From positions 1 to 56,073 of the forward strand of contig CAIVWG010000006.1 in NCBI GenBank assembly GCA_903909555.1: a DNA stretch of 56,073 bases, written 5' to 3'. Source of the stretch: an uncultured bacterium (GTDB taxonomy: Bacteria > Actinomycetota > Actinomycetes > S36-B12). Below, in pieces: positions 1 through 8,698 of this stretch; position 1 is the first letter of the stretch; every line of letters starts with the position of its first letter. The notes below the pieces were generated by a model, which saw nothing but the letters and a program-made list of their open reading frames with translations, was not told where the DNA came from and did not search any database. A program made the translations under genes and the position numbers.

Positions 1-84
1 AATGCCCTCGAGACACTGCGCTCCGACCGCTCAGCGCACAAGGTCGTGGTGGTTCCCGACTAGGAGCCCGACGCCGCCTAGCGC

Positions 85-150
85 TCAGGTGAAGCGAAAC
101 GGGTCTATCGCGTCGAATTCGGCCGAATAGACCCGTTTGCCTTCACCTCA
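85..150 (+). terminator. Long imperfect hairpin directly after an open frame that enters from the left edge and stops at TAG 61-63
   Basis: Arms are 85-108 (tcaggtgaagcgaaacgggtctat) and 127-150 (atagacccgtttgccttcacctca), pairing at 21 of 24 positions. The 18-nt spacer is centred on the palindrome cgaattcg. There is no T-tract, so terminator function is only a guess. Confidence 0.3.
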
Positions 151-190
151 GCGAGGGTTGGCGCGTGCTGATCCTCGTCGTCGACGCAAC

Positions 191-207
191 GTGTCCGAGG
201 GGGGACT
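191..207. repeat. Exact 17-nt copy of the tRNA-Leu 3' end (att-like direct repeat, distal copy)
   Basis: gtgtccgaggggggact at 191-207 is identical to 2120-2136 and in the same orientation. Confidence 0.6.
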
Positions 208-288
208 GAGACACGCGAACCTGGGTCGAGGCCCATCCCTCGACTGGCCGCTGCCCCGATTGACAGGCGCCCGATGACAGGGACTCGG

Positions 289-1038
289 TCAGCGCTCCAG
301 GTGTGGGGGCTTGCGCCAGACGGATATGTGCTTGTCGCTGTCGGCGGTGAAGGGACTGCGGTCCCAGTCACCAAAGCGGGCGACGAGTTCCATGCCGGCC
401 ATGCGTGCCATCAGATCGCACTCGGTGGGCCAGGCGTATCGGAAGTTGCCGACGTTGTAGCGGAATGAGCCGTCCGCCTGCCGGATGTAGTGGTGTGAGC
501 GGCACTCCTGGCTGACGGTGTCGAGGGTGTCGAAGCCCAGGTGGTCGTCATCCAGTGCGAATGGCACGGTGAACTGGCCAGGTGGCAGGCGACGGAGTTG
601 CGGCACGAAGAGCTCGACAACGAAGTGGCCACCGTCCCGCAGATGGCGGGCGGCGTTGCGGAAGCATGCAACCTGCTCGTCCTGGGTCCGCAAGTTCGAG
701 AGGCTATTGAAGGGCAGGAATACCAGGGTGAACTGGCCGGGCACGACGGTGGTGGCCATGTCTCCGGTGACAGCAGGTATCTCGTCGGCCGATGCCTTGG
801 TTCGCAGTTGGGCCACCATGGCCGGCGATAGGTCGATTCCGGTGACCGGGATGCCAAGACGAGCAAGGGGGATGGCCAGACGTCCGGTGCCGATCGCGAA
901 GGCCAGTGCGGGGCCGGACCCCGCGTAGTCGCTGAGGAGTTGAACCGCGGGCTCGACCACCTCGGGTCGGAACATGTCCGCGCTGATTTGGTCGTACGTC
1001 GCGGCAGTGTCGTCATCCCACACGTCGCTGCTCACCAC
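289..1038 (-). CDS. Class I SAM-dependent methyltransferase
   Basis: 249-aa ORF. It has a glycine-rich motif I (LAFAIGTGRLAIPLARLG) followed by VTGIDLS. The GTG start has TACCCT 7 nt upstream and no SD. Confidence 0.8.
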   Translation of the reverse strand: MVSSDVWDDDTAATYDQISADMFRPEVVEPAVQLLSDYAGSGPALAFAIGTGRLAIPLARLGIPVTGIDLSPAMVAQLRTKASADEIPAVTGDMATTVVPGQFTLVFLPFNSLSNLRTQDEQVACFRNAARHLRDGGHFVVELFVPQLRRLPPGQFTVPFALDDDHLGFDTLDTVSQECRSHHYIRQADGSFRYNVGNFRYAWPTECDLMARMAGMELVARFGDWDRSPFTADSDKHISVWRKPPHLER

Positions 1039-1084
1039 GCCCAGAAGGGTAGTCGACCGGCGCAGGGGCCCTGCGTGCGCAAAA

Positions 1085-1106
1085 GTGTCCGAGGGACGAC
1101 TTGAAC
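1085..1106. repeat. Degenerate 22-nt copy of the tRNA-Leu 3' end (att-like direct repeat, middle copy)
   Basis: gtgtccgagggacgacttgaac compared with tRNA 2120-2141 gtgtccgaggggggacttgaac has 2 mismatches, in the same orientation. Confidence 0.5.
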
Positions 1107-1494
1107 GGGTCGAATCGCCTCAGGATCGTGCGGCGTATGGGCCTTGCGGCAGCAGGCTAGTAACGTGCGGGTCGGCCGGGAAGTCCAGATTCGCGACTAT
1201 TGGGGCCATCGGGGCTACAACAATCGCTCGACTGTGGTGCGCGTCCCGGCGGAGCGTGGTCGCGTCACGCGCCTCGAACCGGTAACGGCGCTGGAGCGGC
1301 CAATCCTTGTGTCATCAGTGCTGCTGTGCTGGCCGCCGCGCTCGACGGCGTTCAGCGCAAGCTCACGCCGCCTGATGCGCTCGAGGGCTGGACGTGTGAG
1401 GATCTTGCGGCCGATGTGCTTCCGATGACGCTGGAGGACCCGACCAGGCCACCCCCGCGGTCACGCCGTGGAAGGTGCGGGAAGGCCTCCTGCA

Positions 1495-1926
1495 CTACTG
1501 AGGGGTGGCCGTGGTGACGCTGTCTCGGACGGTGGAGACGGCGTAGGCCAGCGCCTGCCGCCACTTGTCGGCCATCGGGCCTTTCTGCGGCGCTCCGGCA
1601 TAGGTGATGGGCCGGATGTATTCGGCATGCACCTCGAGCTGCGTCGACGCTTCGGTCGCGGAGGCAAACGTGACGTTCACCGTGATGGGGTAGGCGGACC
1701 AGTCGCTCGCCACCAGGGCGAGGCTGATGTCTTCGGAGACCGTGCCGTAGACGAAGGCTTCCTGCCCGTGCTTGGCGTGGATCGTCGCGCCGGTGTCAGT
1801 GAAGTCGAAGAACCCGGCCTGCTGCAGCGCGGCCAGCACCTGATTGTGCGCTTGCTGCAGCGGCATGTGCACGGTGAGGGAATCGTTCTGCTCGAGTCCC
1901 TTGAACCATCCGCTGAAGAGTCCCAC
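1495..1926 (-). CDS. Hypothetical protein (143 aa)
   Basis: The ORF has a GTG start preceded by an AAGGGGA SD 4 nt upstream. I recognised no family by eye. Confidence 0.5.
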   Translation of the reverse strand: MGLFSGWFKGLEQNDSLTVHMPLQQAHNQVLAALQQAGFFDFTDTGATIHAKHGQEAFVYGTVSEDISLALVASDWSAYPITVNVTFASATEASTQLEVHAEYIRPITYAGAPQKGPMADKWRQALAYAVSTVRDSVTTATPQ

Positions 1927-2120
1927 AGCGTCCCCTTATGTCTCGCGGGCGAAGTCTATACCGGCTGGGAGCGCCCGCGGGCAGTGTGGCGCCGACGAAG
2001 ATCGTGCCGACGAGGCACGGGAGGTCACGGCCCCACGGTAGGGATAGACCGCTCGCGTCGTGAGGCGGGGCGGCAGTGGAAGCCCGATCAGGCTCATCCG
2101 GGCGAGCAGGAGGACGACTG

Positions 2121-2204
2121 TGTCCGAGGGGGGACTTGAACCCCCATGCCCTTGCGGGCACTAGCACCTCAAGCTAGCGCGTCTGCCAATTCCGCCACCC
2201 GGAC
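2121..2204 (-). tRNA. tRNA-Leu (anticodon GAG)
   Basis: The reverse complement folds as a cloverleaf. The acceptor is GTCCGGG/CTCGGAC. The anticodon stem is CTAGC/GCTAG with loop TTGAGGT. It has a long variable arm, a T-arm GGGGG-TTCAAGT-CCCCC and discriminator A. CCA is not encoded. Confidence 0.9.
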
Positions 2205-2322
2205 GTGGAGCGAGCCGATTCGCAGGGGACCGCGATCCGAAACGCCGTCCCGAAGGATAACAACCTCGCCGGGACGGCGGTGATCCCGTCCCCTGGCGAC
2301 CGGATGGGGGCAGGATGGGCGC

Positions 2323-3657
2323 ATGTCCGCCACGCCTGGTTCAAGTCCCGAGGCTGTCGCCGCCGAGACCGAGGTGGTGGGAATCCTGCGCGATCTCATC
2401 CGGATCGACACGTCCAACGACGGCACCGATGCGGGACTGGGGGAGGCCGAGGCGGCGGAGTACGTCGAGTCCGCCCTGGTCGACGCGGGGCTCGCCGCAG
2501 AGAGGTTCAGCACGACGTCATCGCGCCGGCAGGCGGTAGTGGCCCGCATCCCGGGCTCGGATCCGACGCTTCCGCGCCTTCTGGTGCACGGCCACCTGGA
2601 TGTGGTGCCCGCCTTGGCAGAGGACTGGTCCGTCCCGCCCTTCGCCGCCGAGGTCCTCGATGGCATGGTCTGGGGACGCGGCGCGGTCGACATGAAGGAC
2701 ATGGACGCCATGGTGATCAGCCTCGCGCGAGCCTGGACCCGCGCGGGCGTCAGGCCGCGGCGCGACATCGTCGTCATGTTCCTCCCGGACGAGGAGGCCG
2801 GTGGACACCATGGCTCGCACTGGATCGTGGACCATCGCCCGGAACTCCTCGAGGGGGTGACCGAGGGCGTGAGCGAGGTCGGCGGATTCTCGATGACCAC
2901 GCCCGACCAGCGCCGGATGTACCTCATCCAGACCGCGGAGAAGGGCATCGCGTGGATGCGCCTGATCGCCGAGGGCACGGCCGGCCACGGCTCCATGATC
3001 CAGCCTGACAACGCGGTGACCGAGGTCGCCGAGGCCGTGAGTCGCGTCGGACGCCAGCGCTGGCCCGTCGAGCTGTCCGCAACGGCGCAGCGCATGGTGG
3101 CCGCACTCGAAGAGGCCTTCGGGCTCGAACTCGAACTCGAGGACCCTGATGCGCTGATGCGCCAACTCGGTCCCTTCGCCCGACTCATCGGAGCCGGCAT
3201 GCGCCACGTGGCCAACCCGACGATGCTCGCGGCCGGCTACAAGGCCAACGTGATCCCCGGCGAGGCCAGCGCGACCATCGACGGTCGCTTCGTCCCCGGA
3301 CGCGAGGCGGAATTCCTCACCGAGATCGATCGGCTCATCGGTCCTCAGGTCCGCCGCGAGTTCGTCAACCACGACGTCGCTCTCGAGTCGCCGTACGACG
3401 TGCCCCTCGTCGATGCCATGCGGGTGGCGCTCGAAGCAGAGGACCCGGGCTGCCTCATGACCCCCTACGTCCTGTCCGCAGGCACGGACGCGAAGGCCTT
3501 CTCCCGCCTGGGCGTCGCCGGATACGGCTTCGCTCCGCTGAGGCTGCCGCCCGAGTTGGACTTCCCCACGCTCTTCCACGGCGTCGACGAGCGCGTGCCG
3601 ATCGACTCCCTCACCTTCGGGGTCCGGGTGCTCGATCGCTTCCTGCGGCTGGCCTGA
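2323..3657 (+). CDS. M20/M25/M40 family metallopeptidase (ArgE/DapE/dipeptidase-like)
   Basis: 444 aa with the motifs HGHLDVVPA, GAVDMKD and PDEEAGGHHG. Confidence 0.85.
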   Translation: MSATPGSSPEAVAAETEVVGILRDLIRIDTSNDGTDAGLGEAEAAEYVESALVDAGLAAERFSTTSSRRQAVVARIPGSDPTLPRLLVHGHLDVVPALAEDWSVPPFAAEVLDGMVWGRGAVDMKDMDAMVISLARAWTRAGVRPRRDIVVMFLPDEEAGGHHGSHWIVDHRPELLEGVTEGVSEVGGFSMTTPDQRRMYLIQTAEKGIAWMRLIAEGTAGHGSMIQPDNAVTEVAEAVSRVGRQRWPVELSATAQRMVAALEEAFGLELELEDPDALMRQLGPFARLIGAGMRHVANPTMLAAGYKANVIPGEASATIDGRFVPGREAEFLTEIDRLIGPQVRREFVNHDVALESPYDVPLVDAMRVALEAEDPGCLMTPYVLSAGTDAKAFSRLGVAGYGFAPLRLPPELDFPTLFHGVDERVPIDSLTFGVRVLDRFLRLA

Positions 3658-3663
3658 AGCCCG

Positions 3664-3852
3664 CTACGCCGTGCGGGCCACGCGCATGATGCGGCGGCGC
3701 AGCCACGCGCGGCGACGTCCGTCGGGGTAGATGCGCAGCCGAGCGAGCTCCCACGTGCCGTACTCCGCGAGCTCGGTGAGCACGGCGCAGGCAGCCGCGC
3801 GCGACAGGCTGCGGGGGAGCGCGATCTCGCGGTACTCGTACGTCGCCGCCAT
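3664..3852 (-). CDS. Small conserved actinobacterial protein (DUF5703-like)
   Basis: 62 aa (MAATYEYREIALPR...YGTWELARLRIYPDGRR). The family name is from memory. Confidence 0.55.
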   Translation of the reverse strand: MAATYEYREIALPRSLSRAAACAVLTELAEYGTWELARLRIYPDGRRRAWLRRRIMRVARTA

Positions 3853-3867
3853 CTGCTCCCTCCGCGA

Positions 3868-4920
3868 CTACCCGGGCGTGGGCCGAGCCTGGTGCCAGCC
3901 GTGGTCCGGGTACCCCAGGATAGGCGCGGACACATCGTCCAGGGCCCGGCGAATCTCCTCCGGTAGCTCGAGCGACTCGCTGGCGAGCGCCGCGCCGAGC
4001 TGCTGCGCGGTGCGCGCCCCGACGATGGGGGCCACCACCCCGGGCTGGTCGCGCACCCAGGCGAGCGTGACCTCGGTGGGCGTCACCCCGAGCCCCTCGG
4101 CGGCGAGCACGACGGCATCGACGACGCGCCGGTGGCCGGCATCGAGGTACTCGCGCACCGTCGCCCCGAGAGTCTCGCTCGCGCCCCGCGACACCGGGGG
4201 AGTCCCATGCCGGTACTTCCCGGTGAGGACACCGCGTCCCAGCGGGGCCCACGGGAGGACGCCGACCCCGAGTGCCTCCGCGCCGGGCACCACCTCGCGC
4301 TCCGCTCCGCGCTGGAGCAGCGAGTACTCCACCTGGATCGTCGCGACGGTGAGGGATCGCGCGCGGGCTTCGGACACCGCGGACCCGAGTTGCCATCCGC
4401 AGAAGTTGGACACGCCCACGTAGCGGGCCCGGCCGGAGTCCACGGCCCACTGCAGGACCGCCAGGGTCTCGTCCAGGGGAGTGCGCGGATCCCAGACGTG
4501 GGCCTGCCAGAGGTCGACATGCCCCACCCCCAGCCGCTGGAGCGACTCGTCCAGGGCGGTGACGAGGTGACGGCGAGAGAGGTCCTGGGGCCGGCCGTCG
4601 TCGGTCCGGCGCAGCCCGGCCTTGGTCGCGACCACGAGGTCCCGACGCAGGCCGGGGTCCTTGAGCAAGGAGCCCAGGATCTCCTCGGCGGCGCCGTCGC
4701 CGTAGACATCGGCGGTGTCGACGAGGGTCCCTCCGGCGTCCGCGAAGTCCAGGACCTGTCGCTCGGCCTCGGCGGGATCGGTGGCGCGCCCCCACGTCAT
4801 CGTGCCCAGGGCGAGGCGGCCCACCGAGGTTCCCGTCGGACCCAGCGGCCGCGCCTGCACGATGCCCAACCTATCCGGACGCGGGGCCGGATAGGCTCGC
4901 CGGACACGCGAGGATGCCAT
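3868..4920 (-). CDS. Aldo/keto reductase
   Basis: 350-aa ORF with the motifs LALGTMTWG, DTADVYGDG and YVGVSNF. The exact start is uncertain. Confidence 0.85.
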   Translation of the reverse strand: MASSRVRRAYPAPRPDRLGIVQARPLGPTGTSVGRLALGTMTWGRATDPAEAERQVLDFADAGGTLVDTADVYGDGAAEEILGSLLKDPGLRRDLVVATKAGLRRTDDGRPQDLSRRHLVTALDESLQRLGVGHVDLWQAHVWDPRTPLDETLAVLQWAVDSGRARYVGVSNFCGWQLGSAVSEARARSLTVATIQVEYSLLQRGAEREVVPGAEALGVGVLPWAPLGRGVLTGKYRHGTPPVSRGASETLGATVREYLDAGHRRVVDAVVLAAEGLGVTPTEVTLAWVRDQPGVVAPIVGARTAQQLGAALASESLELPEEIRRALDDVSAPILGYPDHGWHQARPTPG

Positions 4921-5000
4921 GACAGCGTCCCGTGCGGAACCCGCGGAGTTCGCCGAGCGGGACGGCTCGTCGGGCCGAGCCGCGAGAGAAGGGGAGCGCC

Positions 5001-6050
5001 GTGCGACTGGGACTCAACCTCGGCTACTGGGGCGCCGGCAACGATGCCGACAATCTCGCGCTGGCGCGCGAGGCTGATCGGCTCGGCTATTCCGTCGTCT
5101 GGGCCGCGGAGGCCTATGGCTCCGATGCTGCCACCGTCCTCGCCTGGGTCGCCGCCCAGACGGAGTCGATCGACGTCGGATCGGCGGTCTTCCAGATACC
5201 CGGGCGCACGCCGGCCAACACCGCGATGACCGCGGCCACGCTGGACACGCTCTCCGGCGGCCGCTTCCGGCTCGGCCTGGGAGTCTCGGGCCCGCAGGTA
5301 TCCGAGGGGTGGCACGGCGTGCGCTTCGCGAAGCCGCTGCAGAGGACACGGGAGTACGTCGACATCGTGCGCAAGGCCCTCGCGCGCGAGCGCCTCACCT
5401 ACGAGGGCGAGTTCTTCACCCTCCCCCTGCCCGATGGCCCCGGGAAGGCGCTCACGCTCACCGTGCATCCGGCACGGGAGCGCATCCCCCTCTACCTCGC
5501 CGCCGTGGGTCCCAAGAACCTCGAGCTTGCGGGCGAGATCGCGGACGGCTGGCTTGCCATCTTCTACGCGCCCGAGTTCGCCGCCGAGCTCCTGGCGTCG
5601 GTGGCCGCGGGACGCGCCAAGGCGGGCAAGGACATGACCGGCTTCGACGTGGTGCCGACCGTGCCCGTCGTCATCGGCGACGACGTCGAGGCCTGTGCGG
5701 CCCCCGTGCGGGCCTACGCCGCCCTCTACATCGGCGGCATGGGCTCACGGGAGCAGAACTTCTACAACGCCCTGGCCGTGCGCATGGGCTACGACGAGGC
5801 CGCCGGCCAGGTGCAGGACCTCTACCTCGCTCGGGACTACGCCGGGGCTGCGACGGCCGTTCCCTTCGAGTTCATCGACCGGACCTCCCTCATCGGTCCG
5901 CCCGACCGGATCCGGGAGCGCCTGCACGCGTACGCGGACTCGGGGGCGACCACGCTCACCATCGCGGTGTACGCCGGAGACCTTCAGCAGCGACTGGACA
6001 CGGTGCGGGCGATGCGCGAGATCCTCGCCGACACCGGCCTGGACGCGTGA
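5001..6050 (+). CDS. LLM-class (luciferase-like) F420-dependent oxidoreductase
   Basis: The GTG at 5001 is preceded by GAAGGGGAG. The sequence LGLNLGYWGAG...LGLGVSGPQVSEGWHG is typical of this class. The ORF track starts further upstream at 4932. Confidence 0.8.
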   Translation: MRLGLNLGYWGAGNDADNLALAREADRLGYSVVWAAEAYGSDAATVLAWVAAQTESIDVGSAVFQIPGRTPANTAMTAATLDTLSGGRFRLGLGVSGPQVSEGWHGVRFAKPLQRTREYVDIVRKALARERLTYEGEFFTLPLPDGPGKALTLTVHPARERIPLYLAAVGPKNLELAGEIADGWLAIFYAPEFAAELLASVAAGRAKAGKDMTGFDVVPTVPVVIGDDVEACAAPVRAYAALYIGGMGSREQNFYNALAVRMGYDEAAGQVQDLYLARDYAGAATAVPFEFIDRTSLIGPPDRIRERLHAYADSGATTLTIAVYAGDLQQRLDTVRAMREILADTGLDA

Positions 6051-6072
6051 CCCCGAGCCCCGGAGCCCTGCC

Positions 6073-6891
6073 GTGAGCTGGTTCGAGGCGGTCATCCTGG
6101 GGCTGATCCAGGGCCTCACCGAGTTCCTTCCCATCTCCTCGAGCGCGCACATCCTCGTGCTGTCCCAGATCTTCGGCTGGGGCGATCCCGGTGCGGCGTT
6201 CACGGCGGTCACCCAGATCGGCACGGAGTTGGCCGTCATCGTCTACTTCCGTCACGACCTGGCACGCATCATCTCGACGTGGTGCCGGTCCCTGTTCCGG
6301 CCGGAGCTGCGCCGCGAGTTCGATGCGCGCATGGGCTGGTACGTCATCCTCGGGAGCATTCCCATCGGGGTCCTCGGCCTGCTCTTCGCCACCCAGATCG
6401 AGACCGTGGCGCGCAATCTGTGGATCACCGCCACCATGCTCGCCGTCTTCGGCGTCATCCTCGGCCTCGCCGACAGATTCGGGAGGAAGGATCGCGCGCT
6501 CGACACCCTGAGGGCGCGTGACGCGGCATTGCTCGGCCTCGCGCAGGCGGCCGCCCTCATCCCCGGCGTATCCCGATCGGGCGCCACGATCTCCATGGGC
6601 CTGGCGCTGGGCCTCACCCGGGAGGCGGCCGCGCGCTATGCCTTCCTGCTCGCGATCCCCGCGGTGCTGGCCTCCGGGCTCTACGAGGCCACCAAGATCG
6701 ACGGGGAGAGCACTCCGCCATGGGCCCAGACGATCCTCGCCACCGTGATCGCGTTCGGCGTGGGCTATGCCGTCATCGCCTGGCTGTTGCGCTACCTCGC
6801 GACGAACTCCTACCTGCCGTTCGTGGTGTACCGCCTCGTGCTCGCGGCGATCATCGTCGGAATGCTCTGGGCCGGCTGGCTGACGGCCTAG
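6073..6891 (+). CDS. uppP: Undecaprenyl-diphosphate phosphatase
   Basis: The motifs EFLPISSSAH and PGVSRSGATI are present, and the protein is polytopic. I chose the GTG at 6073 inside the longer 5695 ORF. Confidence 0.9.
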   Translation: MSWFEAVILGLIQGLTEFLPISSSAHILVLSQIFGWGDPGAAFTAVTQIGTELAVIVYFRHDLARIISTWCRSLFRPELRREFDARMGWYVILGSIPIGVLGLLFATQIETVARNLWITATMLAVFGVILGLADRFGRKDRALDTLRARDAALLGLAQAAALIPGVSRSGATISMGLALGLTREAAARYAFLLAIPAVLASGLYEATKIDGESTPPWAQTILATVIAFGVGYAVIAWLLRYLATNSYLPFVVYRLVLAAIIVGMLWAGWLTA

Positions 6892-6897
6892 TCAGCA

Positions 6898-7914
6898 CTA
6901 CAGCCAGCCTGACTTCTTGAAGCCCCGGTAGAGGAACAGGCAGATCGTCCCCATGAGCACGAGGACCGCCGGGTAGCCGAACGCCCAGTGCAACTCGGGC
7001 ATGTCATCGAAGTTCATGCCATAGATCCCGGCGATGGCCGTCGGCACCGCGATGATGGCGGCCCAAGCCGAGATCTTGCGCATGTCGCGGTTCTGCATGA
7101 GGTCCTGGCGGGCAGTGCTGGCCATAAGCATGGTCATCAGCGTGCTGTCGAAGCCGTCCACCATGTCGTTCGCGCGAAGCACGTGATCCCCGATATCCCG
7201 GAAGTACGGTCGCATGCCGGTCGGAATGCCCGGCGTGTCGTCGCGCGACAGCCGAGACGCCTCCCCGACGAGGGGCCGCACCGCCCGGCGCATCTCGATG
7301 TTCTCCCGATTGAGGCGGTAGATGCGCGTGGCCGCGCCCGCGGGCTTCGGGGAGAAGACCTGCTGCTCGATCTCCTCGATGTCGTCCTGGATGGCCTCGC
7401 CCACGATGAGGTAGCCGTCCACCACGCAGTCGGTCACGGCCCAGAGCACCGACATGGGGCCCTCCGCCGCGAGCTCGGGGCTCTGGGCCATTCTCCGACG
7501 TGCCTCCTCGATGTCGAGGCTGGAGCCCTGGTGGAGGGTCACGGCGTATCCCGGACCGATGAAGCAGGCCACCTGGCCGGTCTCCACGTCGGAGGACTCA
7601 TCGACCCACTCGAGCACCTTGAGCAGGACGAAGACCTGGGCTCCGGAGGTCTCGAGTTTTGCGCGCTGCTGGCGGGACAGCGAGTCATCGACGAGCAACG
7701 GGTCGAGCCCGAGCGTCTTGGCCAGCGAGGCCACGGTCTCGTGAGCAGGGTTGTCGAGGGCGAGCCAGACGAAGTCCGTCGACTCCGGCCGCACTCGGTC
7801 TCGCAACTGCTTGATGTCGCTCCCGATGTCCGCCGTCGCGGAGGGGGCGAGGTCAAGGTCGCGGGTGTCGGGCAGCGGCTCTCCGTCGCAGTACACGCCG
7901 AAGCAGCGGATCAC
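6898..7914 (-). CDS. corA: Magnesium/cobalt transporter CorA
   Basis: A GMNF motif is followed by two C-terminal TM helices. The GTG at 7914 has a GGAGGG SD 7 nt upstream. ATG 7950 is an alternative start. Confidence 0.85.
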   Translation of the reverse strand: MIRCFGVYCDGEPLPDTRDLDLAPSATADIGSDIKQLRDRVRPESTDFVWLALDNPAHETVASLAKTLGLDPLLVDDSLSRQQRAKLETSGAQVFVLLKVLEWVDESSDVETGQVACFIGPGYAVTLHQGSSLDIEEARRRMAQSPELAAEGPMSVLWAVTDCVVDGYLIVGEAIQDDIEEIEQQVFSPKPAGAATRIYRLNRENIEMRRAVRPLVGEASRLSRDDTPGIPTGMRPYFRDIGDHVLRANDMVDGFDSTLMTMLMASTARQDLMQNRDMRKISAWAAIIAVPTAIAGIYGMNFDDMPELHWAFGYPAVLVLMGTICLFLYRGFKKSGWL

Positions 7915-7977
7915 GTGGTTCTCCCTCCGCGCCTCCTGCGCCCCGCCCATTGTGCCCCATGCCCGTACCCTCATCGC

Positions 7978-8685
7978 ATGACCACGGTGCTCCTCGTGCG
8001 CCACGGGCGCACCGCGTCCAACGCCACCGGCGTCCTCGCCGGACGATCGCCGGGCGTGGGTCTCGATGACACCGGCGTCGACCAGGCCATGAAGGCGGCC
8101 GAGCGCCTGGCGGCCCTGCGCTTGGAGGCCATCGTGTCGAGCCCCCTGGAGCGCACCCGGGAGACGGCGGAGGCGATCCTCGCGGGACAGCGCCGACAGG
8201 GCGCTCGCGGGCGGTCCCGGCCCGAGATCCACCTCGACGAGCGCCTCATCGAGTGCGACTACGGTGCCTGGACCGGCCGGGAACTCAAGGACCTCGCCCG
8301 CGATCCCCTCTGGAAGGTGGTGCAATCCCACCCCAGCGCCGTCGTGTTCCCGGAGGGCGAGTCGATGTCGCAGATGCAGGCCAGGGCCGTGGCCGCGATC
8401 CGAGCGTGGAACGCGCGCCTCGGTGACCGTGCGGTCTACGCGGTCGTGAGCCACGGCGACGTGATCAAGGCGATCCTCGCGGACGCCCTCGGAATGCATC
8501 TCGACCAGTTCCAGCGCATCCAGGTGGATCCGGCCTCCGTCTCGGTCATCTCCTACACCGAGACCCGCCCCTTCGTCGTGCGTTCGAACGACATCGGTGG
8601 GGATCTCAGCGGCCTGGCGCCCTCCTCCCGCCGGCGGCGACGCTCTTCCGACGCGCCCGTCGGAGGCGGGAACGGCTCCCGCTAG
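7978..8685 (+). CDS. Histidine phosphatase superfamily protein (MSMEG_4193-type putative phosphomutase)
   Basis: It has the RHG motif (LLVRHGRTASN) and SHGDVIKA. The ATG is 6 nt after TACCCT, with no SD. Confidence 0.8.
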   Translation: MTTVLLVRHGRTASNATGVLAGRSPGVGLDDTGVDQAMKAAERLAALRLEAIVSSPLERTRETAEAILAGQRRQGARGRSRPEIHLDERLIECDYGAWTGRELKDLARDPLWKVVQSHPSAVVFPEGESMSQMQARAVAAIRAWNARLGDRAVYAVVSHGDVIKAILADALGMHLDQFQRIQVDPASVSVISYTETRPFVVRSNDIGGDLSGLAPSSRRRRRSSDAPVGGGNGSR

Positions 8686-8698
8686 GTACGGTGCTGGA

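Noticed and set aside
1-63. A possible 3' end of a gene entering from the left edge (frame 1, ..NALETLRSDRSAHKVVVVPD*)
   Set aside because: Only 20 codons are visible. The C-terminus vaguely resembles medium-chain dehydrogenase/reductase tails, but that is too little to annotate.
105-468. Small ORFs at 105-374 (-) and 274-468 (+)
   Set aside because: They overlap the methyltransferase 3' end and the intergenic hairpin region. They have implausible composition and no start-site signals.
1085-1180. Possible second tRNA gene suggested by the tRNA-Leu-like 3' end
   Set aside because: Beyond the first 22 nt I could not fold a T-arm (no 5-bp stem around ttcaagt), an anticodon arm or an acceptor stem. 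I treat it as an att-like remnant only.
1200-1517. 105-aa plus-strand ORF in the gap between the methyltransferase and the 143-aa orphan
   Set aside because: It has some GC3 bias in its middle part but no recognisable domain, no SD and a Pro/Arg/Gly-rich tail. It may be a gene remnant inside the islet, but the evidence is insufficient to call it a CDS or a pseudogene.
3125-3140. tcgaactcgaactcga, partially resembling a LexA box
   Set aside because: It is a tandem hexamer inside the M20 CDS (encoding LELELE). The right half-site matches only 4 of 6 positions, and there is no promoter context.
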